From: Macrostomum lignano
Lineage: Eukaryota
Direction of reading: 5' to 3'
DNA: 64,000 bases
NCBI GenBank assembly: GCA_002269645.1
Contig: NIVC01000267.1
Location: 310,001-374,000, forward strand
This document shows positions 44,746 to 57,625 of the stretch, one piece after another. The translations under genes and the position numbers were made by a program. Each line of letters starts with the position of its first letter. The stretch's first letter is position 1. Below the pieces are notes generated by a model, which ran no database searches, had not been told where the DNA came from, and worked only from the letters and a program-made list of their open reading frames with translations.

Positions 44746-45039
44746 TCCTGTATCGGGTATCTTAGAAACTGACTGATCAGAACCCAGCAGAGGCGCCCTC
44801 CGCGCATCAGATCGATGTGCATTCAATTAATGAATGCTTCAAAAAACTGACTCTAATAAAAATTTAATTCTTCTAACGCAGACACTGAGGCGGTTTTTTA
44901 TATTTTTGAATGGAAAATTAGATTGGTAAAATCAGGAGAGATCCTAGTGAGGGTGGATTCTGTGAATTGAAATTAACACAACTGGGATTGGGATCTGCAA
45001 GCTGTTGGATTGAGGGGAAGAAAGGAGAATTAGGAGGCT

Positions 45040-45450
45040 GAAGGCTGACTGGGAATGGGAATGTAAGAGATGGTTAGAGGACAGGATTTGATAATCGAGA
45101 AATGGTGATAGGGGATCTGAGAAATGGTGAGAGGGGATTTGAGAGATTGTGAGAGGGGATCGAAGAGATGGGAGAGGGATCTGGGAGATGGGAGAGGGGC
45201 TCTGAGAGATTGTGAGAGAGGGGATCCGAGAGATGGTGAGAGGGGATCTGAGAGATTTTGAGAGGGGCTCTGAGAGATTGTGAGAGGGGGAATCTGAGAG
45301 ATGGTGAGAAGGGATTTGAGAGATGGTGAGAGGAGATCTGGGAGATGGGAGAGGGATCTGAGAGATGGTGAGAGGGATCTGGGAGATGGTGAGAAGGGAT
45401 TTGAGAGATGAGGAGAGGGGATCTGAGAGATGGGGAGAGGAGATCTGAGA
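45040..45450. repeat. GA-rich degenerate minisatellite (gagatggtgagagggatct)
   Basis: Imperfect ~20-bp units. Confidence 0.9.
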
Positions 45451-46718
45451 GTTGGCAAAGGGAGGCATTGACAGATGATGAGATAAAACAGCAAGGAGAG
45501 GCCCCGCTGCTTGCCCTAGAAATCGCAGGATGTCAATTTCGAGCTGTGTCGGCAGCCTGCATGCACGCGGGTGACAAAGCTGCGCAGCTCTGCTTTAATT
45601 CCCCTTCGCGGTATCGTGAAGCTCCCCTAGCAGCACCGATGCTCACCTGTAGCACCTGCAGCCCCCGCTCAGTCAGGGGGGGGGGGAGAGAAAGAAAGGT
45701 GGGAGAAGGAAATACTGAGGATCAGTGATGAAGCTTCCCCGAGCCCAGCAGCCAATCGCCCCCGTGATTATTATGTGCTCATTCAGCTCGATGCGTGAAG
45801 CCTCAGTCAGTTACTGCAAAGCTTTCCTTCCTTTAACAAGCTGCTCTCCAGCCTCCCCACCCTGCACCCACCCCCCTCCGTCTGCCTTTTGTGCCCTCCT
45901 AAATAAGAGGCAGAGCGGGCGGTGGCGCAGGCCTGCCTGTTCGCTTCTTCCTGCTTGTTGACAACCGGGACGGGAGCAGGGCGCCCGGGTGTCCCAGGTG
46001 CGTTGCAAACAGACAAAGAAATACAGTTATATATGATTCAGTAGCCTCTGCCTGCTGCCGTCCACTCGGTGAGTTGCTTGGCCTCTTTAATCCTCCCCCT
46101 GAATACTCGAAGTGATTAGCAGTGATTATCGCCGGTGATTCCGCTGCTAATACTGTCGCCAGTTCGAGCTCCGAGTCCCCCGCGTATCAGCAGTTGAACC
46201 ACTGACGATTGTCGCTTCGAAACTCGGCCTCCCCGCGCCCTCTCCGCAGTGCCAGAGGCGGCCACGCCCTCGCCACAATTTTCTCCGCCATTCATACTGG
46301 CGCTACTCTACTGATAAGTAGTGCGAGCCAAGATTGAAGCGCATTTAGCTTTAATTTTTGTTGCACAATCAAATAAATACCGGCCGTCTCTGCCCCCGAA
46401 GGGCATTTTGGTTTTTATTGACAATTTTTTACAAACAAGCAACCCCCCCCCTCGTGAAAGATCAGAAACAGACCGGCCGGGCGGGGAGGTGACAACGCGG
46501 GAGAGAGGAATTGAAAAGAACTTTTTAAATTGAGGACCGAGTAAACGCGTACAAAGTGACAATTGTCAGGGCAGAAAAATAGCGAAAAAACAAGGTTTAT
46601 ATATATAAGCTGCAGAATGGGGTACGTAGCGCTAACACTGGATTTATGTGCAGACAAATAAAAGCACTGCCTACTACTCGTTAGTAATATATATACAGGT
46701 ATTAAATACGCTTCTTCA

Positions 46719-46724
46719 TTTATT
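46719..46724 (-). terminator. Candidate polyadenylation signal of the zinc-finger gene
   Basis: tttatt on + (AATAAA on -), ~570 bp downstream of the stop codon. Confidence 0.4.
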
Positions 46725-47291
46725 GTATTATAGAGATCTTTCTAAGCCAGAGCAAGTTTAAATTGAGTTAGGCGGTACATACTACTACTAGTAATAATAA
46801 AACGATAACACAAGCACTGAGCCAGGCTAGCAGAGAGCATTGTCAGATCAAGCGGACGCATTGCGGTGCAAAAATAATTATACAAGAAAAATAAGAGAAA
46901 ACATGTACACCGAGAGTACAGCGGAGCTGCTGTACCACTCACTGTACCAGTATAGAACTAACAGAACCAATCAGTTCCAATTAGGACAAACAGATAAACG
47001 CACACAAAAGTTCGACTGTCTTTACAGAGTAGAGTAGTGGCTATTGATGAGGACGAAAATGTCTGCAAAATATGGCTCAGGGTTTCTTGTGGTTGGTTGT
47101 GTGTGTTTCTGTGTGGTTGCTATGCTGTTTCTATGTGGTTGCTATGCTGTTTCTACGTGGTTCCTTACCTGTTTCTGTATGGTTTCAACGCAGGTTTACG
47201 CAGCTATAAGTGGTTGCTATGCGGTTGCTATTCAGCTGCAATAGTCTAGAGAAGGTTGTCAAGCGGTTGCTTTGCCAGCTACGAACTAGAA

Positions 47292-49394
47292 TCAAACGGT
47301 GATAATTTCGATTTCGTCGGCGGTAATCTCCGGTTTTCGCTCAACGTCAACCACGTGGTATTTCATGTGCAGCTTGAGGCTCAGCCGGTGCGTGAAGCTC
47401 TTGCCGCAGATCTGGCACACGTGCGGCCGCTCGCCAGTGTGCAGTCGCATGTGGTCCTCCAGGGTGTTGGCCTGGCGGAAGCGCTGGCCGCACAGGTCGC
47501 ACTTGTGTGGCTTGTCGCCCGTGTGGGTCAGCAGGTGATGGTTGAGGTGGGCGAGCTGGCGGAAGGCCCGGCCGCAGAGCTCGCAGTCGAACGGCTTCTC
47601 GTCACGGTGTATTCGCATGTGCACCTGCAGGCAAGCGGTGGACCCAAATCAGCCTACTTGTTAGTAGTCGCAAGACTCGCAACCGATATGAACGAAAATA
47701 AAAATAAAAACAGCCTTAAATCATGACTACCGTAGTATTCTCAATACAGGAGAGGGCGACTCTAGGGAGGGCGAATCTAGGGGAGTGTGATTCTAGGGAG
47801 GGCGACTCTATGGAGGGCGAATCTAGGAGAGGGTGAATCTAGGGAGGGCGAATCTAGGGGAGGGCAACTTTAGGGGAGGGCGACTCTAGGGAGGGCGAAT
47901 CTAGGGAGGGCGAATCTAGGGGAGGGCGAATCTAGGCAGGGCGAATCTAGGAGAGAGCGAATCTAGGGGAGGGCGAATCTAGGGGAGGGCGAATCTAGGG
48001 AGGGCGACTATAAGGGAGGGCGAATATAGGGGAGGGCAACTTTAGGGGAGGGCGACTCTAGGGAGGGCGAATCTATGGAGGGCGAATCTAGGAGAGAGCG
48101 AATCTAGGGGAGGGCGAATCTAGGGGGAGTTAATTAGACGGGAGTAGACGGGATCTTTACTTCAGCAGTCCACTCAGGTGCCCAAGTTGATAACCCCTTT
48201 ACAATGCATGTCATTAGTGACACGTGTAAAATTGAGCTCGACACGCACCTTCAGATAGCCCTGGTTAGCGTAGGTCTTGGCGCACACTGCGCACTGGTGC
48301 TTCTTGTCCGAGTGGTGCACCGGCAGGTGGCGCTTCAAGCTGGTCGGCGTGGCGAAGCTTTTGCCGCACTGCTTGCACACGTACGGCTTTTCTCCCGTGT
48401 GCGTCTCCAGGTGATTGCGCAGGTGGGCAAACAGGTGGAACCGGCGCTGGCAGACGTAGCAGGAGAAGCGCTTCTCCCGGTCCATGCTGAGCATTCGAGC
48501 GCGAACCACGGCCACCGATGCTCGCTGGTGCTGCTGGTGCTGGTGCTGCTGAAGCAGCTGGTGTTGCTGCTGCTGGAACTGCTGCTGCTGTTGCTGCTGC
48601 TGGCGGCTCATCAGCAGGGTTGAAGCAGCTGGGGACGCTGACGCAGCCATGACCGTCTGCTGCTGCTGCTGCTGCGAAGGCCGACTGGTAGAGGCGGCAG
48701 CGGCAGCGGCGGCGGTCTTCTGTATGGCAGCGCTGACGGGGCCGAAGTCCTGGCCGTGCTTGTCGGACAGGTAGTTGGCCAGCCGGGAGATGGTCGAGTT
48801 CAGCGTTGGCGCGTTGCTGCCGCGGCCGGCGCGCATCAGAGCCGCTCCGCTGCCGGCGCCGTCGTCGTCCTCGTCGGCAACGATCTCTTCCAGCTCGTCG
48901 AGTTCGTCGTCTGTGGCGGCCGAGGTGACCACAACCTCCTGGCCGGCCAGGGTGAACAGCGAGTCCACGGCGGCGTCGTCCACCGAGTCAACCGCAGCCG
49001 CCGCCTCCGCCGCTTCGGCCGCAGCCGCCGCCGCCGCAGCAGCAGCAGCCGCCGAGTTCGCCCCGACAATACGTCGGCCACCGCCAGAGCTCGCAGCCGC
49101 CGACACCGCGGTGGGTGTCGCAACATCGAGCGGCTCCTCCTTGACCAGCATGCGAGAGCCGCGGCCGGTGCGGACCTGCGGCCCGCCGGACAAAGACAGG
49201 TAGGTGGCAGCCCCGGCCCTGGGGCGAACCGGTGCTTCAAGTTGTCCAGCAGCCTGTTGAACTCTTCGTCGTTGCAGCCGGGCCCCGCCGCCGCCGCCGC
49301 CGCCGGCGCCAAAGCCGGGGTAGGCGAAGTCGTCAAATACAATCTCCACTTCAGGCTCCTCAATGGGCCGCAACTGCGACTTCCGACTGCTCAT
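47292..49394 (-). CDS. C2H2 zinc-finger transcription factor, six C-terminal fingers, ~492 aa; exons complement(48249..49394, 47292..47624)
   Basis: CxxC-x12-HxxxH fingers with TGEKP/TGDKP/TGERP linkers. The phase-0 intron (GTGCGT at 48248, ctgcAG at 47625) completes finger 3 (YLK|VHMRIH). The N-terminus is Ala/Gln/acidic low-complexity. Confidence 0.92.
47745..48128. repeat. 15-17-bp G-rich minisatellite (ggagggcgaatctag) in the zinc-finger gene intron
   Basis: About 23 imperfect units. Confidence 0.94.
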
Positions 49395-49737
49395 TTCGGG
49401 TAGTTAAAATTGAAATAGTCTTCAAATTAGGGTACTTTGTTATTTTAACAGATTTGCAGCTTGAGCTGAAACGGCAAAAGTTGTTTAAATAAGTCACTGG
49501 TATGGGATGCGCTGCCATAGACACAGAGGAGCACCCACCCGGATGCGTACGCAAGGGACCCTTTATCAATAAATTACTTGCAGTAGTCAGTAGTTTATCT
49601 GCGCATTGTCACTTAAAATTTAATGTTGCAGCTAAAAATTAAGCTTCTTCCTACGGGCTTGTGGGCCTGGGGTTATGAAGGAACAGCAAGAGGGCAAGTA
49701 TTCATTTAATTCGATGTACACAAGTGACTGCAAGACG

Positions 49738-49968
49738 GACGAAACTCAGACTAGGGGGGGCAGGCCCAATCTAGCTCAGCCAATGAGAGAGCAGTAAGGA
49801 GAGAGGTCAAAGTTAAACAGACGAAACACAGACTAGGGGGCAGGCCCAATCTAGCTCAGCCAATGAGAGAGCAGTAAGGAGAGAGGTGGAGAGAGGTCAA
49901 AGTTAAACAGACGAAACACTTTATCTATGGGGCAGGCCCAATCTAGCTCATCCAATGAGAGAGCAGCG
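49738..49968. promoter_or_regulatory. Three ~80-92-bp direct repeats, each with two CCAAT boxes, 350-570 bp upstream of the zinc-finger start codon
   Basis: ggggcaggcCCAATctagctcagCCAATgagagagcag, with CCAAT at 49766/49780, 49846/49860 and 49938/49952. Confidence 0.5.
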
Positions 49969-50927
49969 AAAAAAGAGGCGAAAATCGGACACATGGACAA
50001 AAGAGAGAAACAAATAAACTCGCACTTTGCACACGCACTAGAATTTGGGTTTTTCTTAGTTTTCCTACAATCTTCAATCTTAAATTGATTTTAGAGAGCC
50101 AACCCCTGAGGCCCGGAGTCTGTACATCCTGGCGATAAGAAAGTCAAAGGGCCTGCCAGAAAAGTCAGACTCGTTTACCGCCGAGCTGTTCCACCCCTAA
50201 GACTCCGAACTCCCAGATTTCTGAGCTCAACGCGCAGTTAACGCCTATTCCTATTACACGAAAAGATAATGAAGCAAAAAGATGGCTGACAAAGCTGCAA
50301 TGCCCCTCCCAAAGTCAGCCATCATCCATCATCCATCAGCCAACTCATCAAGAGTCCCCCCTCGGTCACCCGACCACCCTAGCCATTAGCATAGAGAGCA
50401 GGGTGATCAAGGACGAGCTCGGGATCCGAGAGGATCAGCCCAAGGGATTGGCCCCGCGCCCATTTCTAACAGTGTTTTTTAATCCAGATGAGAGAAAAGG
50501 CCTCTGAGAAATGCATCCTGAGCCTATGGGATGAAAATCTCCAAGCGATATCCCAATGCTGAGTCTGGGATTCTGTCTAGATTGGACTCTGCTTTGACAG
50601 ACAGGCCAGCGTTTGGGGAATAAAAATATTGGGGAAGCGAGCAGAACTGACCCTCAATTCTAGATATTTCTGGAAAATAACAATTGGCTGCGATAGAGAG
50701 TCAGAGCATAGTTAAAATACTAGCAATAAATGATGAGATTATTTATGCAAATAAAGGCATGTGGCGAGGCGATAATGAAGTAAAGCTTGTGGGATTCTCC
50801 AATACAGTAAGGACAAGAGGAGCGGCACGAAATGTTTTTGCGTCTACCGAGTATATGAGCTGTTAGTGGCGAAACAGTTCTTGCAACTTCTAGAAAGTAT
50901 TATTTATAATATGCTTGTCTAACTATG

Positions 50928-51605
50928 CACCCGACTCAAATCTGAGCACTCAGACAACCAACTCAAATCTGAGCACTCAAATAACCAACTCAAATCTGAG
51001 CATTCAGACAACCAAAACTCAAATCTGAGCACTCAAATAACCAACTCAAATCTGAGCATTCAGACAACCAACTCAAATCTGAGCACTCAAATAACCAACT
51101 CAAATCTGAGCATTCAGACAACCAACTCAAATCTGAGCACTCAAATAACCAACTCAAATCTGAGCATTCAGACAACCAACTCAAATCTGAGCATTCAGAC
51201 AACCAACTCAAATCTGAGCATTCAGACAACCAACTCAAATCTGAGCATTCAGACAACCAACTCAAATCTGAGCATTCAGACAACCAACTCAAATCTGAGC
51301 ATTCAGACAACCAACTCAAATCTGAGCATTCAGACAACCAACTCAAATCTGAGCACTCAAATAACCAACTCAAATCTGAGCATTCAGACAACCAACTCAA
51401 ATCTGAGCATTCAGACAACCAACTCAAATCTGAGCACTCAAATAACCAACTCAAATCTGAGCATTCAGACAACCAACTCAAATCTGAGCACTCAAATAAC
51501 CAACTCAAATCTGAGCATTCAGACAACCAACTCAAATCTGAGCATTCAGACAACCAACTCAAATCTGAGCACTCAGACAACCAACTCAAATCTGAGCACT
51601 CAGAC
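50928..51605. repeat. 27-bp minisatellite (ctcaaatctgagcattcagacaaccaa), ~25 copies
   Basis: 9-aa periodicity in the spurious ORF; two alternating variants. Confidence 0.97.
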
Positions 51606-51799
51606 ACACAAACTAAATAACAGCAGAACCGGACTGAAAAGGCCTGTCAACTTTAGCTCATAACTAGCAATCTTCGCCCCCGTTGGGGGACATCTGGATA
51701 GAATCTCTGTTCTCTACAAGTAACAAAAAGACAGCCAAATAAAGCCTTCACAAAGACGACAGACAAACTGCTCAAATAAAGTGTAATGCAAAAAAAAAT

Positions 51800-52355
51800 C
51801 ATCCCAAGACAGCAAGCATCCCAAGATAGCAAGCATCCCCCAGATTGCAAGCATCCCCTAGATAGCAAGCATCCCCCACATAGCAAGCATCCCCCAAATA
51901 GCAAGCATCCCCCAGATAGCAAGCATCCCCCCAGATAGCAGGCACCCCCAGATAGCAAGCACCCCCCAGATAGCAGGCACCCCCCATATAGCAAGCACTC
52001 CCCAGATAGCAGGCACCCCCCAGATAGCAAGCATCCCCCAGATAGCAAGCACCCCAGATAGCAAGCGACCCCAGATAGCAGGAACCCCCAGATAGCAGGC
52101 ACCCCCAGATAGCAAGCACACCAGATAGCAAGCACCCCCAGATAGCAAACACCCCAGATAGCAAGCACCCCCAGATAGCAAGCACCACCAGATAGCTAGC
52201 ACCCCCAGATAGCAGGCACCCCCAGATAGCAGGCACCCCCAGATAGCAAGCACCTCCAGATAGCAAGCACCCCCAGATAGCAAGCACCACCAGATAGCAA
52301 GCACCCCCAGATAGCAGGCTCTCCCAGATAGCAAGCACCCCCAGATAGCAGGCGA
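51800..52355. repeat. 18-19-bp minisatellite (cccccagatagcaagca)
   Basis: Tandem units. The entry sequence cccaagacagcaagcatccc is shared with the 58905 array. Confidence 0.95.
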
Positions 52356-55300
52356 CATGGTGGCTTTTTACTGTTAGACATGGTGGCTCTTTAATGTTCG
52401 ACATGGTGGTTCTTTAATGTTTGACATGGTGGCTCTTTACTGTTAGACATGGTGGCTCTTTAATGTTCGATATGGTGGCACTTTAATGTTTGACATCATG
52501 CCAGATTTATGTTCGACATGGTGGCTCTTTAATGTTCGAAATGGTGGCTCTTTTATGTTCGACATGGTGGCTCTTTAATGTTCGACATGGTGGTTCTTTA
52601 ATGTTCGACATGGTGGCTCTTTACTGTTAGACATGGTGGCTCTTTAATGTTCGATATGGTGGCACTTTAATGTTTGACATCATGCCAGATTTATGTTTGA
52701 CATGGTGGCTCTTTAATGTTCGACATGGTGGCTCTTTTAGGTTTGACATGGTGGCTCTTTAATGTTCGACATGGTGGTTCTTTAATGTTCGACATGGTGG
52801 CTCTTTACTGTTAGACATGGTGGCTCTTTAATGTTCGATATGGTGGCACTTTAATGTTTGACATCATGCCAGATTTATGTTTGACATGGTGGCTCTTTAA
52901 TGTTCGACATGATGGCTCTTTTAGGTTTGACATGGTGGCTCTTTAATGTTCCACATGGTGGCCCTTTAATGTTCGACATGGTGGCTCTTTATTGTTAGAC
53001 ATGGTGGCTCTTTAATGTTCGATATGGTGGCACTTTAATGTTTGACATCATGCCAGATTTATGTTTGACATGGTGGCTCTTTAATGTTTGACATGGTGGC
53101 TCTTTTAGGTTTGACATGGTGGCTCTTTAATGTTCCACATGGTGGCCCTTTAATGTTCGACATGGTGGCTCTTTAATGTCAGACATGGTGGCTCTTTAAT
53201 GTTCGACATGGTGGCTCTTTAATGTTCGACATGGTTGCTCTTTAATGTTCGAAATGGTGGCTCCTTAATGTTTGAAATAAAGTCACATATATGTTAGACA
53301 TAAAGTCACATATATGTTTGACATAAAGTCACATATATGTTTGACATAAAGTCACATTTATGTTTGACATAAAGTCACATATATGTTTGACATAAAGTCA
53401 CATATATGTTTGACATAAAGTCACATATATGTTTGACATAAAGTCACATATATGTTTGACATAAAGTCACATTTATGTTTGACATAAAGTCACATATATG
53501 TTTGACATAAAGTCACATATATGTTTGACATAAAGTCACATATATGTTCGACATGGTGGCTCTTTTTAACATCTGACATGGTGGCTCTTCTATGTTTAAC
53601 ATGGTGGCTCTTTTATGTTTGACATGGTGGCTCTTTAATGTTCTTCATGGTGGCTCTTTAATGTTCGACATGGTGGCTCTTTAATGTTCGACATGGTGGC
53701 TCTTTAATGTTCGACATGGTTGCTCTTTAATGTTCGAAATGGTGGCTCCTTAATGTTTGAAATAAAGTCACATATATGTTAGACATGGTGGCTCTTTTTA
53801 ACATCTGACATGGTGGCTCTTCTATGTTTAACATGGTGGCTCTTTTATGTTTGACATGGTGGCTCTTTAATGTTCTTCATGGTGGCTCTTTAATGTTCGA
53901 CATGGTGGCTCTTTAATGTTCGACATGGTGGCTCTTTAATGTTCGACATGGTTGCTCTTTAATGTTCGAAATGGTGGCTCCTTAATGTTTGAAATAAAGT
54001 CACATATATGTTAGACATGGTGGCTCTTTTTAACATCTGACATGGTGGCTCTTCTATGTTTAACATGGTGGCTCTTTTATGTTTGACATGGTGGCTCTTT
54101 AATGTTCTTCATGGTGGCTCTTTAATGTTCGACATGGTGGCTCTTTGATGTTCTTCATGGTGGCTCTTTTTTGTTCGACATGGTGGCTCTTTTTTGTTCT
54201 ACATGGTAACTCTTTTATGTTTGATACGGTGGCTTTTTTATGTCTGACATGTTGGCTCTTTTATGTTTGACATGGTGGCTCTTTAATGTTCGACAAAGTG
54301 GCTCTTTAATGTTTGACATGGTGGCTATTGTTTGATATGCTGGCTCTTTAATTTTCGAAATAGTGGCTCTTCAATGTTTGAAATGGTGGCTCTTTTATGT
54401 TCAACATGGTGGCTCTTTAATGTTTGACATGGTGGCTCTTAAATGTTCGACATGGTGGCTCTTTAATGTTCGACATGGTGGCTCTTTAATGTTCGAAATG
54501 GTGGCTCTTTTATGTTCGACATGGTGGCTCTTTAATGTTTGACATAGTGGCTTCTAATTGTTTGACATGGTGGCTCTTTAATGTTCAAAATGGTGGCTCT
54601 TTTATGTTTGACATGGTGGCTCTTTAATGTTCGACATGGTAGCTCTTTTATGTTCGACATGGTGGCTCTTAAATGTTTGACATGGTGGCTCTTAAATGTT
54701 TGACATGGTGGCTCTTTAATATTCTACATGGTGGCTCTTTTATGTTCGACATGGTGGCTCTTTCATGTTCTTCATGGTATAGCTCTTTTATGTTAGACAT
54801 GGTGGCTCTTTAATGTTCGACATAGTGGCTTTTTAAGGTTTGAAATGGTAACTCTTTAATGTTTGACATAGTGGCTTCTAATTGTTCGAAATGGTGGCTC
54901 TTTAATGTTCGAAATGGTGGCTCTTTTATGTTTGACATGGTGGCTCTTTAATGTTCGACATGGTAGCTCTTTTATGTTCGACATGGTGGCTCTTAAATGT
55001 TTGACATGGTGGCTCTTAAATGTTTGACATGGTGGCTCTTTAATATTCTACATGGTGGCTCTTTTATGTTCGACATGGTGGCTCTTTCATGTTCTTCATG
55101 GTATAGCTCTTTTATGTTAGACATGGTGGCTCTTTAATGTTCGACATAGTGGCTTTTTAAGGTTTGAAATGGTAACTCTTTAATGTTTGACATAAAGTCA
55201 CATATATGTTTGACATGGTGGCTCCTAAATGTTTGACATGGTGGCTCCTAAATGTTTGACATGTTGGCTCTTTTATGTTTGACATGGTGGCTCTTTAATG

Positions 55301-55690
55301 TTCGACAAAGTGGCTCTTTAATGTTTGACATGGTGGCTCTTAAATGTTCGACATGGTGGCTCTTTAATGTTCGACATGGTGGCTCTTTAATGTTCGAAAT
55401 GGTGGCTCTTTTATGTTCGACATGGTGGCTCTTTAATGTTTGACATGGTGGCTTCTAATTGTTTGACATGGTGGCTCTTTAATGTTCAAAATGGTGGCTC
55501 TTTAATGTTCGAAATGGTGGCTCTTTAATGTTCGAAATGGTGGCTCTTTTATGTTTGACATGGTGGCTCTTTTATGTTTGACCTGGTGGCTCTTTTATGT
55601 TTGACATGGTGGCTCTTCTATGTTTGATATGTTAACTCTTTTATGTTCGATATGTTGGCTCTTCTATGTTTGACATTGCGCTTCTTTGAT
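52355..55690. repeat. 3.3-kb 23-bp satellite with three monomer types and higher-order repeats
   Basis: gacatggtggctctttaatgttc dominates; gacataaagtcacatatatgttt and gacatcatgccagatttatgttt are interleaved. Confidence 0.98.
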
Positions 55691-55699
55691 GTTTAGCAG

Positions 55700-56272
55700 T
55701 TTTGTTGTGTTTTTAAGGTGTTTTAATAAAAAATATCTTTTTGTACTACTAAGATTCGAACCCAGGTTGCTACAATAGCATTCCAGTCTGTTCGCATCAG
55801 GGCTATCTCTTTTCAATTGGAGAACATGAATTGTGGCCCTTATAATTCAATTCTTACAGCAAGTCAATCGGAGTAAAAAGTTATGACATAATCAATTTCT
55901 CAGTCAGCCAGTATCAGTCTCAATTTAAGTTAGCAATATGGTTACGCAATTTAAATCAAGTCGTGTGTGCATTTCTTCGGCACTGTTTTCAACTTGTTGT
56001 GATGCAATCTTTATCACAATCGGAATTCAGTCAGTCAGTTTTTTCTCTAGCATTCTTACAATGCATTTTAAGTCGAAAATTTGGCTTGACCTTTGCAAAA
56101 AAGCATGTTTTTCGAATATTTAATCCCTTTAACATTGAGCAATTTCTTAGCCAAGATGCATGTACCGTCCCAGGAAAATTTCTGATCGAATGGTGCAAGT
56201 TTGAAGAAAATCGGTTAAGCCAATTTTTCTGAAATCTATCGCATAGCTACAGACATTTCATTTTTAGTATAT
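55700..56272. mobile_element. Composite dispersed repeat copy 1: AT linker, antisense tRNA-Ser(GCT)-like segment (55752-55809), body, Helitron-type end
   Basis: Collinear with 60510-61172 over ~600 bp. The last ~150 bp also match 27377-27540. Confidence 0.75.
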
Positions 56273-56741
56273 GGGACTAGCTAAAGTTTTGCCCCCCTTC
56301 GGGGAGCAGAAATAATTAATATTCGTCTAATATAATATACCTTTTAGCAGGAGTACTTTAAGTGTTTTTCTTAAGCTTAAGCTTAAAATAGGAATTTTTG
56401 GAGATCGTTAATAACGCATTTTAGGTAAAACAAAACTATCAACTTTTTACAGTTTTTAGTTTAGAGCCCTGTATATGTCAACGTGTTTGATAAAAATTAT
56501 TTTTATCATTTTTGATAAAAAATGGCCTTCGGGGTGGCCAATAAGCAAGGGACGAATCCTTTTAAATGAAAAAAAATTCTTAGGGAGGGGGGCTAGGAAT
56601 CGAATTCTCATTTTAATTCCAGGCTTATGTACCAATAAAACATGTTTGTGCAGAATTTTATAACAGACATTGAAATTCAACCATACTTGCCTTCTTTCAG
56701 AGCTACTTCTACCAGTATGCTTCAGTACGCTACCAGTACCC

Positions 56742-57625
56742 TTGTAAGCCTTGACATGTCAGCAATCCCCCCCCACAAGCCTTAACATATCAACTCCCCC
56801 TTGACATCTCAGCAATGCTCCCACAAGCCTTGAAATCTTAAAAAATCTGTCTATTTTCTAACCCTAACCCTAACCCTAACCCTAACCCTAAAGCATTGAA
56901 ATTTCAGTAATTCTCTCTAAGAGTCTATAGCACTACTACAGCATTATAGCGATTCCCTGCAAGCCTCGACATCGTAGGGATTCCCAAATGAATCTCTTAA
57001 CTTTGACATGAAGCTTCTTTTTTTTTTACATTACGCTTTTTCTATCAGCGATCCCTCCCGTGAGGAGCCGACAAATAATGTAATAACTTTTTTCCAATAA
57101 ACTACATGTAGCTTCTGACATTAGCCTTGACATCTCATTTATTCCCCCGTGAGCCTTGACATCTCAGCTATAGATAGATAGATAGATTCCCCTCGTAAGC
57201 CTTGACATGTCAGCGATGCCCCCCATAAACCTTGAAATCTAAAAAATCCCCTGTTAACCTTGAAACGCGCTAAAATCTAACCCTCAACCCAAACCTGACG
57301 TAAACCTAACTTTCACCCAACCTAAAGCCTTGAAATCACAGCAATTCTTCTTCCCTAAGCCTTGGCATTTAAGTGATTCCTTCTTTAAGAATCACAGCAC
57401 TATAACGATTCCCTCCAAGCTTTGACATCGTAGCAATTCCCAAATGAATCTTTTAACTTTGACATGACTTTTATTTTATGTATACATAGTGCTCCTTTTA
57501 TTTTTACATGACTCTTCTTCTATCAGCGCCCCCCCCACCGTGGCAAGCCAACAAAGAATGCAATAAAAAACTTAAGTAAAGTACATGTACTTTGAAGTAG
57601 CTTCTGACTTTTGCTTTAACATCTC
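56742..57625. repeat. Diverged ~450-bp tandem duplication; copy 1 contains (CCCTAA)5 at 56862-56891
   Basis: Shared blocks gtaagccttgacatgtcagc, ccttgaaatcttaaaaaatc, gacatcgtag..attcccaaatgaatc and ctatcagcg. Confidence 0.85.

Noticed and set aside
49624-50030. Solo LTR (TG...CA with internal AATAAA)
   Set aside because: The termini are not inverted matches and there is no target-site duplication. It is kept only as an alternative hypothesis in the findings.
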